Positions 37,937 to 48,468 of a DNA stretch of 64,000 nt are shown piece by piece. A model generated the notes under the pieces. That model did not search any database. It was not told the DNA's origin and was given only the letters and a program-made list of their open reading frames with translations. Source of the DNA: an uncultured Gemmatimonadales bacterium. GTDB lineage: Bacteria; Gemmatimonadota; Gemmatimonadetes; Longimicrobiales; Longimicrobiaceae. Every line of letters begins with the position of its first letter. Position 1 is the first letter of the stretch. The stretch spans positions 4,576,001-4,640,000 of the forward strand of contig OY970303.1 in NCBI GenBank assembly GCA_963716255.1. The letters are read 5' to 3'. Position numbers and translations under genes: made by a program.

Positions 37937-38990
37937 GCTGGACGCCGACGCCTGCCGGGTCGTCGACGCGCCGCAGGCGCGGGCCGAGACGCGCGCCTGG
38001 GCCTCCGGGCCCAAGGGGATCCACGCCGTGCCGATGGACGAGGCGCTGCGGCTGTACCGGGAGCGGAACGGGGCGGAAGCCAAGGACGAGGGGGAGTCGG
38101 CGGTCGTCTGGATCGACGTGGTCAGCCCCGGCGACGCGGAGGCCGCCTTCCTGCGCGACACGCTGCGCTTCCACCCGCTGGCGGTGGAGGACTGCATCCG
38201 CGGGCGTCAGCGTCCCAAGGTGGATCGCTACCCCGGCTACTTCTTCATGGTGCTGTACGCCGCGCGCATCGACCCCGATCCCCGGGGCGGGCGGAGCACG
38301 CTGGCGCTCAACGAGCTGCACGTGTTCCTGGGCGAGCGCTTCGTGGTCACCGTGCACGACCGGAAGGTGCGCGAGGTGGGCGAGGTGGTGGCGCGCTGGC
38401 GGTCGGCCCCGGGGCGCCTGCACGACACGGGCACGCTGGCGCACGCGCTGCTGGACGCCGTGGTGGACGCGTACTTCCCCGTGCTCGACGAGTTCTCCGA
38501 GCGCGTGGAGGCGATGGAGGACGCCATGCTGGCCGACCGCAGCGAGGCGGACCACATGCAGGGGATGCTCGCCCTGCGCCGCGAGCTGACCATCTTCCGG
38601 CGCGTGGTGGCGCCGCAGCGCGACGTGCTCACCACGCTGCTGCGGCGGGACATCCCCTTCCTGCGGCCGGAGCTGGTGCCGTACATCCAGGACGTGCAGG
38701 ACCACGTCATGCGCGTCACCGAGGAGATCGACGGCATGCGGGAACTGCTCGCCTCCGCGGTGGACGCGTACCTGTCGTCGGCGTCCAACCGGCTCAACCA
38801 CACCATGCGGGTCATGGCGGCGTGGTCCATCATCCTCATGGCCATGGCGTGGATCGCCGGGGTCTACGGGATGAACTTCCGCGTCATGCCGGAGACGCAG
38901 TGGCGGTACGGGTACGCGTGGGCGCTGGGGTTCATGCTGGCGGTGGGGGGCAGCCTGTGGGCGTTCTTCCGGCGGTGGCGGTGGATCTGA
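37920..38990 (+). CDS. corA: CorA Mg2+/Co2+ transporter (alternative start 38034)
   Basis: FHPLAVED, QRPKVD, YGMNF..MPE and two C-terminal TMs. Confidence 0.92.
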   Translation: MHRELELDADACRVVDAPQARAETRAWASGPKGIHAVPMDEALRLYRERNGAEAKDEGESAVVWIDVVSPGDAEAAFLRDTLRFHPLAVEDCIRGRQRPKVDRYPGYFFMVLYAARIDPDPRGGRSTLALNELHVFLGERFVVTVHDRKVREVGEVVARWRSAPGRLHDTGTLAHALLDAVVDAYFPVLDEFSERVEAMEDAMLADRSEADHMQGMLALRRELTIFRRVVAPQRDVLTTLLRRDIPFLRPELVPYIQDVQDHVMRVTEEIDGMRELLASAVDAYLSSASNRLNHTMRVMAAWSIILMAMAWIAGVYGMNFRVMPETQWRYGYAWALGFMLAVGGSLWAFFRRWRWI

Positions 38991-39020
38991 CGCGCTGAGC
39001 GTCTTCGGCAGGGTTCTGCG

Positions 39021-39201
39021 GGGCCGCTCCGGAGCCGGACGATCCTGCCGTCCGTCTCCTGCGCGGGCTCCGGGAGCCTCCTCGGTCGTCACGAAACAGC
39101 CCGTGCCGACGCTGCGGGGTCTCCCTGCGCCGGAGGGAGCCCCGCCAAACCGCCGGCGGGTCTCCCTCCGCAACGGATGCGGGGGGTACTGCGGGAACGG
39201 C
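39021..39201 (+). repeat. Family-B modular repeat, copy 3 (extended second module)
   Basis: GGGCCGCTCCGGAGCC...GGTACTGCGGGAACGGC. Confidence 0.82.
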
Positions 39202-39272
39202 TAACGGCAGGCCCCACCCCCGCCTTCCTGACCCGGGCGGGGCGTCCCGGGGCTCGCGCCTGCCACGGGCAC

Positions 39273-39470
39273 GAAAAGCCCCTCTCCCGCTTGCGGGGGA
39301 GGGGTTGGGGAGGGGGCCTCCCGCGGACGCCGGCGCGATCCCCGCGTGAGGGATTTCGGCCCGAAGGGGCGAGACCGCGCGGCCGTTTGCGCGGGCTCGA
39401 CTCCGTTACGCAGCGTTGTTTGCTGCGTTACGGAGCCGAAGCCCGACCCGGCGCCAGCCGGGGCACGCCC
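39273..39470 (-). repeat. Family-A copy 7 (39343-39470) plus hairpin tail
   Basis: Inner stem CGCAGC/GCTGCG; tail matches 14565-14633. Confidence 0.88.
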
Positions 39471-39507
39471 GAACCCCGCCGTTCAGCCGTCCTTCAAAGC
39501 TCGAAGC

Positions 39508-40059
39508 TCAGAATGACAACTCGCCACCCACGCGCACGAACAGCTGGTTCACCAGGTCCTCGCCGTCGTAGCGGGACACGTAGTCGGTGATCCCGTAGCG
39601 CAGCGCGAAGTTGGGGCCCAGCCGCGCGCCGGCGGCGGCGCCCAGGCTGGCGGCGAGGTCGGTGGGGCCGTCCTCGTAGCGCACCTGGCCCACCCCCAAG
39701 GAAAGCGCCAGCGGCAGCGCGCCGGGGCCGGCGTCGCCGCGGAAGCGGGAGTACTCCAGCCCCGCGCTCCAGTGGTCCACCGTGATCTTGTCCCCAGACC
39801 TCGCCGTCCCGAAGGGAAGCGTGCCCAGCAGCTCCGGCGCCGAGCGCTGCGCCGTGCCGAAGGCCGCCAGCCGCGGGGCGAAGCGCAGCGTGGCGCGCGC
39901 GCCGAAGCCCCAGCCGCCCTCCAGGCGGGCGCTGGTCTCCGGGAGGCTCCCGTAGAAGCCGTACGTGCCGAACGGCTCCACCGACACGAGCTGCGCCGCG
40001 GCGGGGGAGGCGGGGAGCGCCGCGAGCAGCGCCGCGGCGAGGAGGATCTTTCTGGTCAT
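39508..40059 (-). CDS. Small outer-membrane beta-barrel protein
   Basis: Signal peptide MTRKILLAAALL..AAA, amphipathic strands and C-terminal Phe. Confidence 0.75.
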   Translation of the reverse strand: MTRKILLAAALLAALPASPAAAQLVSVEPFGTYGFYGSLPETSARLEGGWGFGARATLRFAPRLAAFGTAQRSAPELLGTLPFGTARSGDKITVDHWSAGLEYSRFRGDAGPGALPLALSLGVGQVRYEDGPTDLAASLGAAAGARLGPNFALRYGITDYVSRYDGEDLVNQLFVRVGGELSF

Positions 40060-40201
40060 CTGTTGTTCCCTTTGAGGTCCGCGGGGATCATGGTGCCACG
40101 GGAACGCGCGCGCAAGCTTGCCGCCGTGCCGCGTTGACAAGCGTGGCGGGCCGCGGGAGATTCCCCGTCCCGTTTCCCGCCCCCCGCACCGCGCGGACCG
40201 C

Positions 40202-41718
40202 ATGCAGCTCCACCCCACCTTCCCCGAGTTCCTGCGGCTGGCACGCGAGGCGACGCTCGTTCCCGTTGCCGGCGAGTTCCTCTTCGACACGGACACCGCG
40301 GTGTCCGCGTACCACAAGCTCGCGCGCCCGCCCTTCGGCTTCCTGCTGGAGTCGGTGGCGGGCGGGGAGCGCTGGGCGCGCTACACCTTCCTGGGGACGG
40401 AGCCGCGCGGGGCGTGGCGGCTGGTGGGAGACCGCATCGACCGCTGGACGCCGGGGGAAGGGTGGGCCACCGGGGAGCGCTCCGCCGACCCGCTCGCCGA
40501 CTTCGGCCGGCTGGTGGCGCGGCACACCCCCGCCGAGGTGCCGGGGCTGCCGCGCTTCTGGGGCGGGGCGGTGGGCTTCTTCGGCTACGACGTCGTCCGC
40601 CACGTGGAGCGGCTCCCCCACCCGCCGGCGGAGGGGCTGGGGCTGCCGGACGCCGTGTTCATGCTCACCGGCGTGGTGGTGGCGGTGGACAACCTGTTCG
40701 GGCGGGCGCGCGCCATCGCCGCGGTGGAGACCGGGGGCGCGGACGATGCGGAGCTGCGCCGGCGCTACGACGCGGCCGCCGCGGAGGTGGAGGCGGCCGT
40801 CGCCAGGATCCAGGGCGGCGCCGGCCCGGCGCCGCTGGCCATGGCGGCGGCCCCGGCGGAGGACCCTGCCTTCGGCAGCACCTTTTCGCGCGGCGGCTTC
40901 GAGGCGGCGGTGGAGCGGGTGCAGGACTACGTCCGCGCCGGGGACGCCTTCCAGGTGGTGCTCTCGCAGCGGCTCTCGCTCCCGCTGGAGGTGCCCCCCT
41001 TCGACCTGTACCGGGCGCTGCGCACCCTCAACCCCTCGCCGTACCTGTTCTACCTGGAGCTGGACGGCTTCCAGCTGGTGGGCTCGTCGCCGGAGGTGAT
41101 GGTGCGGCTGGAGGAGGGGACCGTGACGGTGCGCCCCATCGCGGGAACGCGCCGCCGCGGCGGGAGCCCGGAGGAGGACGCCGCGCTGGCGGAGGACCTC
41201 CTCGCCGACGCCAAGGAGCGCGCCGAGCACCTGATGCTGCTGGACCTGGGGCGCAACGACGTGGGGCGAGTCGCCCGCTACGGGAGCGTGCGGGTGCCGC
41301 AGCGCATGGTCATCGAGAAGTACTCGCACGTGCTGCACATGGTCTCCACCGTGGAGGGGGACTGCGCGAAGGCCTCTCGGCCGTGGACGTGCTGCGCGCG
41401 TCGTTCCCCGCGGGAACGGTGTCCGGCGCGCCAAAGGTGCGCGCCATGGAGATCATCGACGAGCTGGAGCCGGCGCGGCGGGGGCCGTACGCCGGCGCGG
41501 TGGGGTACTTCGCGCACGGCGGGCGCGCCATGGACACCGCCATCGCCATCCGCACCGTGGTGGTGCGCGGCGGGGAGGCCCACGTGCAGGCGGGCGCGGG
41601 GATCGTCGCGGACTCGGTCCCCGCGGCCGAGTACGAGGAAACGCTCAACAAGGCGCGCGCCCTGCTGCGGGCCGTGCAGATGGTGGCCGCGGCACCCGCC
41701 GCCGGGAGACCGGAATGA
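40202..41718 (+). pseudogene. trpE: Anthranilate synthase component I with a 1-nt frameshift near 41356-41362 (real or sequencing error)
   Basis: [30 protein letters not shown] and YSHVLHMVS in one frame; [15 protein letters not shown] and QAGAGIV in another. Confidence 0.85.
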
Positions 41719-44699
41719 CCATGATCCGCTGGCTGCTCGGCGCCTGCGTCGCCGGGGCCGCCGCGCCGGGGTGGGCGGCGGCGCAGGCGCCCGCGCCGCG
41801 GGCGGACACGCTCGCGCCCGCCCCTGCGGGCGCGGCGTCCGCCGACACCACGTCCGCGGGAGGTCCGGTGCGACCCGGCTCCCCGCGGGTCGTGCTTTCC
41901 GGCGAGGTCCTGCGGCGCAGCGGGGAAAGCCACCTGCTGGCCGCGCTAGCCGGCCGGGTGCCGGGGCTGGAGGCCGCCCGGACCACCGGCGAGGCGGGGT
42001 CCGCCGCCACCGCCCGCATCCGCGGGCCGAGGACGCTCACGGGCGGGGGGCCGCTCCTCGTGGTGGACGGCGTGCCGGTCGGCGGAGCGGCCTACTCCAC
42101 CTGGTCCGGCAACGGCACGGCGCTGGGGGGCACCGTGGGGACCGACCGCGCCGCCGACGTGGACCTGGACGACGTGGAGTCGGTGGAGATCCTGCGGGGC
42201 CCCGCGGCGGCGGCCTACGGCTCGCGCGGGGCCGGCGGAGTCGTCCTGGTCACCACCCGGCGTGGCGAGGCCGGCCCCACCGTCTACTCGCTGCGCTCGT
42301 CCGCCGGGGTGGAGCGGCCCACCCGGGTCGTCCCCCTGCAGCGCACATTCGGGGTGGGGACGCAGGGGGGCTCCACGGCGTGCAGCGCCCCCAACTGCGT
42401 GGTCCCGGGGAGCGGCTTCAGCTGGGGCCCCCGGCTCGCCGCGGGAGTCTCCACGTTCGACCACGCCGCCGAGCTGTTCGAGACGGGGACACTTCTCGAC
42501 AACTCGCTCGCCGTTTCCGGCGGGACCGAGCGGACCACCTTCTACGCCTCCGGCGGGGCGCTGGCGCGGGACGGCTACTTCACCGGCGGCGGCGACACCT
42601 ACGACCGCTACACGGTGCGCGTCGACGCGGTGCACCGGCTCCGCGGCGGCCTGGAGCTGCGCGCGAACGCGGCGCTGGTGCGCTCCGAGGGCCGGTACGC
42701 GCCGCGCGCCGCCAGCCCCGGCGACCTCCTCCAGGCCGCGCTGCGCACCCCGCCGGAGTTCGACAGCCGCGCGTACCTCACCGACCAGGGGCTGCACCGC
42801 AGCTTCCGCTTCCCCAACCCGCAGCCGGGGACGGAGCTCGCCTCGCGCGGGACCGACAACCCTTTCTACCTGCTGAGCGAAGGAGAGTACGCCCAGGACG
42901 TTTCGCGCGTCTTCGGGAGCCTGGGAGCGACCTGGCGGCCGCTCGCCCGCGTTCGGGTGGACTACGACCTGGGCGTGGACGATTCCGCGGACGACCGCCT
43001 GGAGTCGCGCCCGCTCCAGAGCTCCGGCGCCCCCGTGGGCGGTTCGGTGGGAAGCTGGCGTCTGGAGGAGACGGGGCTGGAGCACGCCCTGGGGATCACC
43101 GCGGAGTACGCGCTGGGCTCCGCCGTCTCGGGGACGCTCGCGGCGGGACACGAGCTCGCGCAGCGCGGGCTGCGGAACGTGCGCGAAGTCCGCTCCGGAC
43201 GCGGTGGGCCGCTCCTGGCCAGGGACGGGCAGCCGCGGGAGGCGGACCCGGTCCCGTTCGACGACCGGCTGGCGCGCACGCTGAACGGGTCCTGGGCGCG
43301 GGGGACGGCGGAGCTGGCCGGCCAGCTCTTCCTGCTCGGGGCGGTGCGCAGCGACGCGGTTGCCGTCTCGGGCGAGGGGAGCCACCGCGCGTGGTACCCG
43401 GCGGCGGGCGCCACCTGGAGCTACGCCCGCACCCTGCGCCTGCCCCCGGGGCTCGTGAGCAACGGGGAGCTGCGCGTCGCCTACGGGCGCAGCGGCCAGG
43501 AGGCGGGGCCGTACCTGCTCCAGGACCTCGTCCTCTTCGCCCCTCCCCCGGAGCGCACCTCCCCGGGCGTGGTCCTCTTTTCCCGCGCGGACTTCCGGGG
43601 CGACCCCGGCCCGCGGCCGGGATCCACCCGCGAGGCCGAAGCGGGGATCGACCTGGGCCTCTTCCGGGGACGGGCCGACCTGGGGGTGACGTACTTCCGG
43701 GCGGACTCGCGCGACGTGGTCGTCTTCCTCCCCCGCGCCTCCGCGTCCGGGACCCGGGCGCGGGCGGAGAACGTGGGCGGGATCCGCGACCAGGGGTGGG
43801 AGGTCGCCCTCGGCGCGCGGCCGTACACCGGCCGCCGGGCGGCGCTGGAGCTGGGCCTCAGCTGGGCCCGCGCCCGCAACCGGGTGACGCGCCTGGGGGG
43901 AGCGGACGTCCTCGCGTACCCCTTCGAGGCGGCGTCGCTGGCGGGGAGCCGCAGCGTCGCCGAGGTGGGCCTGCCGCTGGGCGTCGTCCGCGGGTTCGAC
44001 TTCGCCCGGTGCGGCCGGGGGCTGACCACGATCCGCACGGGGGGGATCACCTACGACGTCGCCGCGGTCTGCCAGGGCGCGCCGGACGGAGCGCTCTTTC
44101 TGGGAGCCGACGGCTTTCCCATCCGGGACCCCGACGAGCGCGTGATCGCCGACCCCACGCCGGACTGGACGGGCGGGCTCACGGCGGAGCTGCGGGTGCT
44201 GGGCGTTCGCCTCGGGGCGCGGGTGGAGACGCGCCAGGGCGGGGAAACGCTCAACCTCACCCGCGCCTTCATGTACCAGTACGGCACCCACCGGGACACC
44301 GAGGCGCGGGGGACGCAGGTCACCTTCGGGCTGGACCGGATGGAGGGCCCCGTGGTGGGGCCCGGGGTGGACCGGCTCGTGCGGCTGGACGAGGCGTGGT
44401 TCGGCAACCTGGGCGGGGCGCTGGGGCCGCGCGCCCAGTTCGTGGAGGACGCCTCCGTCACCCGCCTGCGGGAGCTTTCGCTCGCGTATACCTTCGACCG
44501 CCCGTGGCTGCGGCGCACGCTGGGCCTGCGCGCCGTCGACGCGCGGGTGGCGGGCCGCGACCTGTACGCGTGGACCCGCTACACCGGCTTCGACCCGGAG
44601 GCGAGCGTCGGCGGCGCCGTGCTGCCCAACCGCGGGATCGACTGGTTCGTCGATCCGCCCGCGCGCGCCTGGACCCTTTCGGTGTCGCTCACCCGCTAG
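41715..44699 (+). CDS. SusC/RagA-like TonB-dependent receptor paralog lacking the N-terminal Ig-like domain
   Basis: [21 protein letters not shown] and [32 protein letters not shown] plug. Confidence 0.85.
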   Translation: MTMIRWLLGACVAGAAAPGWAAAQAPAPRADTLAPAPAGAASADTTSAGGPVRPGSPRVVLSGEVLRRSGESHLLAALAGRVPGLEAARTTGEAGSAATARIRGPRTLTGGGPLLVVDGVPVGGAAYSTWSGNGTALGGTVGTDRAADVDLDDVESVEILRGPAAAAYGSRGAGGVVLVTTRRGEAGPTVYSLRSSAGVERPTRVVPLQRTFGVGTQGGSTACSAPNCVVPGSGFSWGPRLAAGVSTFDHAAELFETGTLLDNSLAVSGGTERTTFYASGGALARDGYFTGGGDTYDRYTVRVDAVHRLRGGLELRANAALVRSEGRYAPRAASPGDLLQAALRTPPEFDSRAYLTDQGLHRSFRFPNPQPGTELASRGTDNPFYLLSEGEYAQDVSRVFGSLGATWRPLARVRVDYDLGVDDSADDRLESRPLQSSGAPVGGSVGSWRLEETGLEHALGITAEYALGSAVSGTLAAGHELAQRGLRNVREVRSGRGGPLLARDGQPREADPVPFDDRLARTLNGSWARGTAELAGQLFLLGAVRSDAVAVSGEGSHRAWYPAAGATWSYARTLRLPPGLVSNGELRVAYGRSGQEAGPYLLQDLVLFAPPPERTSPGVVLFSRADFRGDPGPRPGSTREAEAGIDLGLFRGRADLGVTYFRADSRDVVVFLPRASASGTRARAENVGGIRDQGWEVALGARPYTGRRAALELGLSWARARNRVTRLGGADVLAYPFEAASLAGSRSVAEVGLPLGVVRGFDFARCGRGLTTIRTGGITYDVAAVCQGAPDGALFLGADGFPIRDPDERVIADPTPDWTGGLTAELRVLGVRLGARVETRQGGETLNLTRAFMYQYGTHRDTEARGTQVTFGLDRMEGPVVGPGVDRLVRLDEAWFGNLGGALGPRAQFVEDASVTRLRELSLAYTFDRPWLRRTLGLRAVDARVAGRDLYAWTRYTGFDPEASVGGAVLPNRGIDWFVDPPARAWTLSVSLTR

Positions 44700-45170
44700 C
44701 GGCCGGGACGGCGCCGGCACGCAGGCGTTCCGGGGCTCCTTCCCCGCGCCGGGTCGGCCCGGCCGGGGGCCGCGGCCGGACGCCGGAGGCGCAGCCTTGA
44801 CACCGGTTTGCCCGACCCGCAAGATAGTACCCGTCTCTGGAAGCCTGCCCGATTCCCTCGAACTCCCTTCCTTCGATCGGGGCAGGTCGGAGACCACGTC
44901 CTTCCTGGTCAATTCCCTGGTTTGGTCGGTCCGGTTTCGCTGGTCGGCAAGACGGCGTCTGCTCACACAGGGGCGTGCGCGCCCTTCCCTCTCCCCCCCG
45001 CGTCCAAGGAGGAGCGCTCCGCTAGAAACTTTCGTCGTTGGGGCATTCCCGGTCGCCGCGAGGCGCCTGGACCCGCCCAGATGCGGGCGGTGACGCGCTT
45101 CCGCGTCCGCCGCGAGAACTCGTCCTCCATCCTGCCGCGGCGTGAGCCGCGGCAAACCAGGAGAACAGGA

Positions 45171-48100
45171 ATGAAAACAGTCCGTTGGCTACTGGCAGTC
45201 TGCCTCGCCATCGCGCTCTCCCCGCTGCCGTCGACGGCGCAGGAGCCCGCGACGGTCACGGGCAGGGTCACGCGGGAGAACGGGAACGCGGTCGCGTCCG
45301 TCAACGTCCGCATCCCCTCGCTCAACGTGGGCGCGGTGACCGGCGAGGACGGCACCTACCGTCTCGTGGTTCCGGCCTCGCGCGTGCGCTCGGGGCAGGT
45401 GCAGATCGTCGCTTCGCAGGTGGGGCTCGCGCAGCAGTCCCACTCCATCACGCTGAGCGCCGGCGCGGCCGTGACGCAGAACTTCCAGCTCGGGGCGGAT
45501 CCGCTCCAGCTCGAGGGGCTCGTCGTGACCGGGCTCGGGCAGACCACCACCCGTGAGCGCCTGGGCGTTTCCATCGCCTCGGTCCAGGGCGAGGACATCA
45601 CCCGCGTGCAGAGCGCGAACGTGGTGAACGCCCTCGCGGGCAAGGCCCCGGGCGTCGAGGTGCAGAGCGCCTCGGGCGAGCCCGGCGCGGCCGCGTACAT
45701 CCGTATCCGCGGCGTCAAGACCATCTCGGGCGACGGGCAGCCGCTCTTCGTGGTGGACGGCGTTCCCGTGAACAACCAGGAGAACGTCACCCCGTCCAGC
45801 GTCCGCACCGTCGGCGGCACCTCGGCGAACCCGGTGGGTCTCTCGGGGAGCTCCGCGACCAACCGCGCCGCGGACATCAACCCCAACGACATCGAGAGCG
45901 TCGAGATCCTCAAGGGGCCGGCCGCGTCGGCCATCTACGGGGCGCGCGCCGCGAACGGGGTGGTGCTCATCACCACCAAGCGCGGGACGCCCGGCCAGAC
46001 CCAGGTAACGCTGAACAGCACCTACACCGCCGACCAGGTCGTGGCGGACTACCCGCTGCAGAGGGCCTGGGCGTCCGGGCAGAACGGCGTGACGGCGATC
46101 GGCAACGCCGGTGCCCTGCGCAGCTGGGGCTCGGCCGCCACCGAGTCGTACAACCACTGGGACGAGCTCTTCGAGTCGGGCCGCATCCTGGAGAACAACC
46201 TCGCCGTTTCCGGCGGGTCCGAGCGGACCACGTACTACCTCTCGCTCGGCTGGCTGGACCACGACGGCGTGATCGTCGAGGACAACGACAACTACCGGCG
46301 CACCACGGCCCGCCTCAAGGGCTCGCACATGCTGCTGGACAACCTGACCCTGACGGGCAACTTCGCCTACACGCAGAGCTCGGGCGGGTTCACGCAGAAG
46401 GGCTCCAACGTGTCCGGGCTGCTGCTGGGCGGGCTGCGGACGCCCCCCAACTTCAACAACTGCGTCCCCGACACCTGCTACCTCAACCAGTTCGGGATCC
46501 AGCGCACCTTCACGGCGCCCAACGCCGCCACGACCGCTGCGGTGGGTAACTTCGACAACCCGTTCTGGGTGATCAACCGGAACCTGTCCACCACCGACGT
46601 GGGGCGCGCCTTCGGCAACGTGATGCTGGACTACACGCCCATCGAGTGGATGAAGCTGACCTACACCATCGGCAGCGACTACTCCAGCGACGAGCGCCTC
46701 GAGGCCCTTCCCACCGGGAACGCGACCTACAGGCCGGGCTACGTGGCGGAGTCCAACTTCACCTTCCAGCAGCTCGACCAGAGCGCGGTGGCCACGATCA
46801 CGCCGTCGCTCCCCGGCCGGGTCGGCGCGTCGCTGACCTTCGGCTACAACCGCAACTCGCGCGACTTCAGCCGCATCTTCGTCGAGGGGCAGGACATCAT
46901 CGCGCCCGGGGTGTACCAGCTGGACAACACCGTCACCCGCACCCCCGACAACTACCAGTACAAGATCCGCTCGGAGTCGTTCTTCGGGCAGGTGCAGACG
47001 GACATCCTGGACCAGCTCTACCTGACCGCCGCCCTGCGCAACGACGGCTTCTCCACCTTCGGCGAGGCGGACAAGCGCGCCTACTACCCGAAGCTGAGCG
47101 CCGCGTGGGAGTTCACCGAGGCGCTCGGGCTCTCCGACAACCCGTTCCTGTCCTTCGGCAAGCTGCGCACCGCCTGGGGCCAGGCCGGGAACGAGCCGCC
47201 GGTGTACGGGACGATCGGCGGGCTCACCGCCTCCTCCATCGCCGACGGCGGCTGGGGGACCTCGCTGAGCACCACCTACGCCAGCCGCGGCGGCCTGCGC
47301 CTCAGCGCGACCAAGGCCCAGCCTGACCTGAAGCCCGAGCGGACCTCCGAGTTCGAGCTGGGCGCGGACTTCGCGCTGCTGGGGAACCGCGCCAACCTGG
47401 GCGTGACCTACTACAACGCCCGTACCGAGGACGCCATCCTCTCCACCCAGCTGTCGCCCTCCACCGGCTACACCGCGCAGCTCCAGAACGCCGCCACCAT
47501 CCGCAACCGCGGGTACGAGGTGTCGCTGGACGTGCGCCCGCTGGAGCGCAGGAACTTCGGCTGGGAGCTTGGGCTGAACTGGTCCGCCAACGACAACCGC
47601 GTGCTCTCGCTGGGCGACTCGCTCCGCCAGTTCATCACCATGACCGGCGGCTTCGCCAACGCGACGACCGCCGCCGTGGTCGGTCAGCGCATCGGCGTGA
47701 TCCGCGGGCCCGACTTCGCCCGCTGCGGCCGCGGCCTCACCATCGACAACGTCGCCATCGACGCGGCCGCCGGGCACTGCCAGGGAGCCCCCGAGGGCGC
47801 GCTGTACATCGGCGCCGACGGCTTCCCGCGCCTGGACGCCACCGAGCGCGTGATCGCGGACCCGCACCCGGACTGGATCGGCGGCATCCGCAACACCTTC
47901 ACGCTCTTCGGCAACCTCCAGGTCTCCGGCCTGGTGGACATCCGCAGCGGCGGCACCATGTGGAACGGCACCAAGGCCGCGCTCTACAACTACGGCACGC
48001 ACAAGGACACGGAGGAGCGCGCGACGTGCCAGCTCGCGGGCAACGCGCTCAGCTGCACCGGCAACGAGAAGGCGTTCGGCAACACCATCTACCCGAACGA

Positions 48101-48452
48101 GACGGTCGCGGGCCCGGGCGCCGGCAAGGCCGTGCCGATCGGCGAGAACTGGCACCGCGTCGGGCTGGGGAGCAGCTTCTCCGGCATCAACTCGCCGTAC
48201 ATGGAGGACGCCGGCTTCGTCAAGCTGCGCGAGATCGCGGTGAGCTACCGGGTCCCGCAGCGGTTTACCCGCCGCTTCGCGATGTCGGGCGTCGACCTGC
48301 GCCTCGCCGGCCGCAACCTGGCCACCTGGACGGACTACACCGGGATCGACCCGGAGACCAACGTGGCCGGGAACACCAACGCGCGCGGGATCGACTACTT
48401 CAACAACCCCCAGACGCGGCAGTTCATCTTCAGCGTCGGACTGACCCGCTAA
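45171..48452 (+). CDS. susC: SusC/RagA-family TonB-dependent transporter
   Basis: Signal peptide, carboxypeptidase-regulatory-like domain and NDIESVEILKGPAASAIYGARAANGVVLITTK. Confidence 0.95.
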   Translation: MKTVRWLLAVCLAIALSPLPSTAQEPATVTGRVTRENGNAVASVNVRIPSLNVGAVTGEDGTYRLVVPASRVRSGQVQIVASQVGLAQQSHSITLSAGAAVTQNFQLGADPLQLEGLVVTGLGQTTTRERLGVSIASVQGEDITRVQSANVVNALAGKAPGVEVQSASGEPGAAAYIRIRGVKTISGDGQPLFVVDGVPVNNQENVTPSSVRTVGGTSANPVGLSGSSATNRAADINPNDIESVEILKGPAASAIYGARAANGVVLITTKRGTPGQTQVTLNSTYTADQVVADYPLQRAWASGQNGVTAIGNAGALRSWGSAATESYNHWDELFESGRILENNLAVSGGSERTTYYLSLGWLDHDGVIVEDNDNYRRTTARLKGSHMLLDNLTLTGNFAYTQSSGGFTQKGSNVSGLLLGGLRTPPNFNNCVPDTCYLNQFGIQRTFTAPNAATTAAVGNFDNPFWVINRNLSTTDVGRAFGNVMLDYTPIEWMKLTYTIGSDYSSDERLEALPTGNATYRPGYVAESNFTFQQLDQSAVATITPSLPGRVGASLTFGYNRNSRDFSRIFVEGQDIIAPGVYQLDNTVTRTPDNYQYKIRSESFFGQVQTDILDQLYLTAALRNDGFSTFGEADKRAYYPKLSAAWEFTEALGLSDNPFLSFGKLRTAWGQAGNEPPVYGTIGGLTASSIADGGWGTSLSTTYASRGGLRLSATKAQPDLKPERTSEFELGADFALLGNRANLGVTYYNARTEDAILSTQLSPSTGYTAQLQNAATIRNRGYEVSLDVRPLERRNFGWELGLNWSANDNRVLSLGDSLRQFITMTGGFANATTAAVVGQRIGVIRGPDFARCGRGLTIDNVAIDAAAGHCQGAPEGALYIGADGFPRLDATERVIADPHPDWIGGIRNTFTLFGNLQVSGLVDIRSGGTMWNGTKAALYNYGTHKDTEERATCQLAGNALSCTGNEKAFGNTIYPNETVAGPGAGKAVPIGENWHRVGLGSSFSGINSPYMEDAGFVKLREIAVSYRVPQRFTRRFAMSGVDLRLAGRNLATWTDYTGIDPETNVAGNTNARGIDYFNNPQTRQFIFSVGLTR

Positions 48453-48468
48453 CTGGAGCCGCAACGAC

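Noticed and set aside
40118..44800. 1560-aa ORF suggesting a giant TrpE fusion
   Set aside because: Artefact of the trpE frameshift: after residue VEG it reads an Arg/Gly/Pro-rich off-frame of trpE and the SusC-like gene.
44700..45170. Riboswitch in the long susC leader (also upstream of the BtuF-like gene)
   Set aside because: A TTGACA at 44797 suggests a promoter, but no cobalamin or TPP consensus could be identified by eye; needs an Infernal/Rfam scan.
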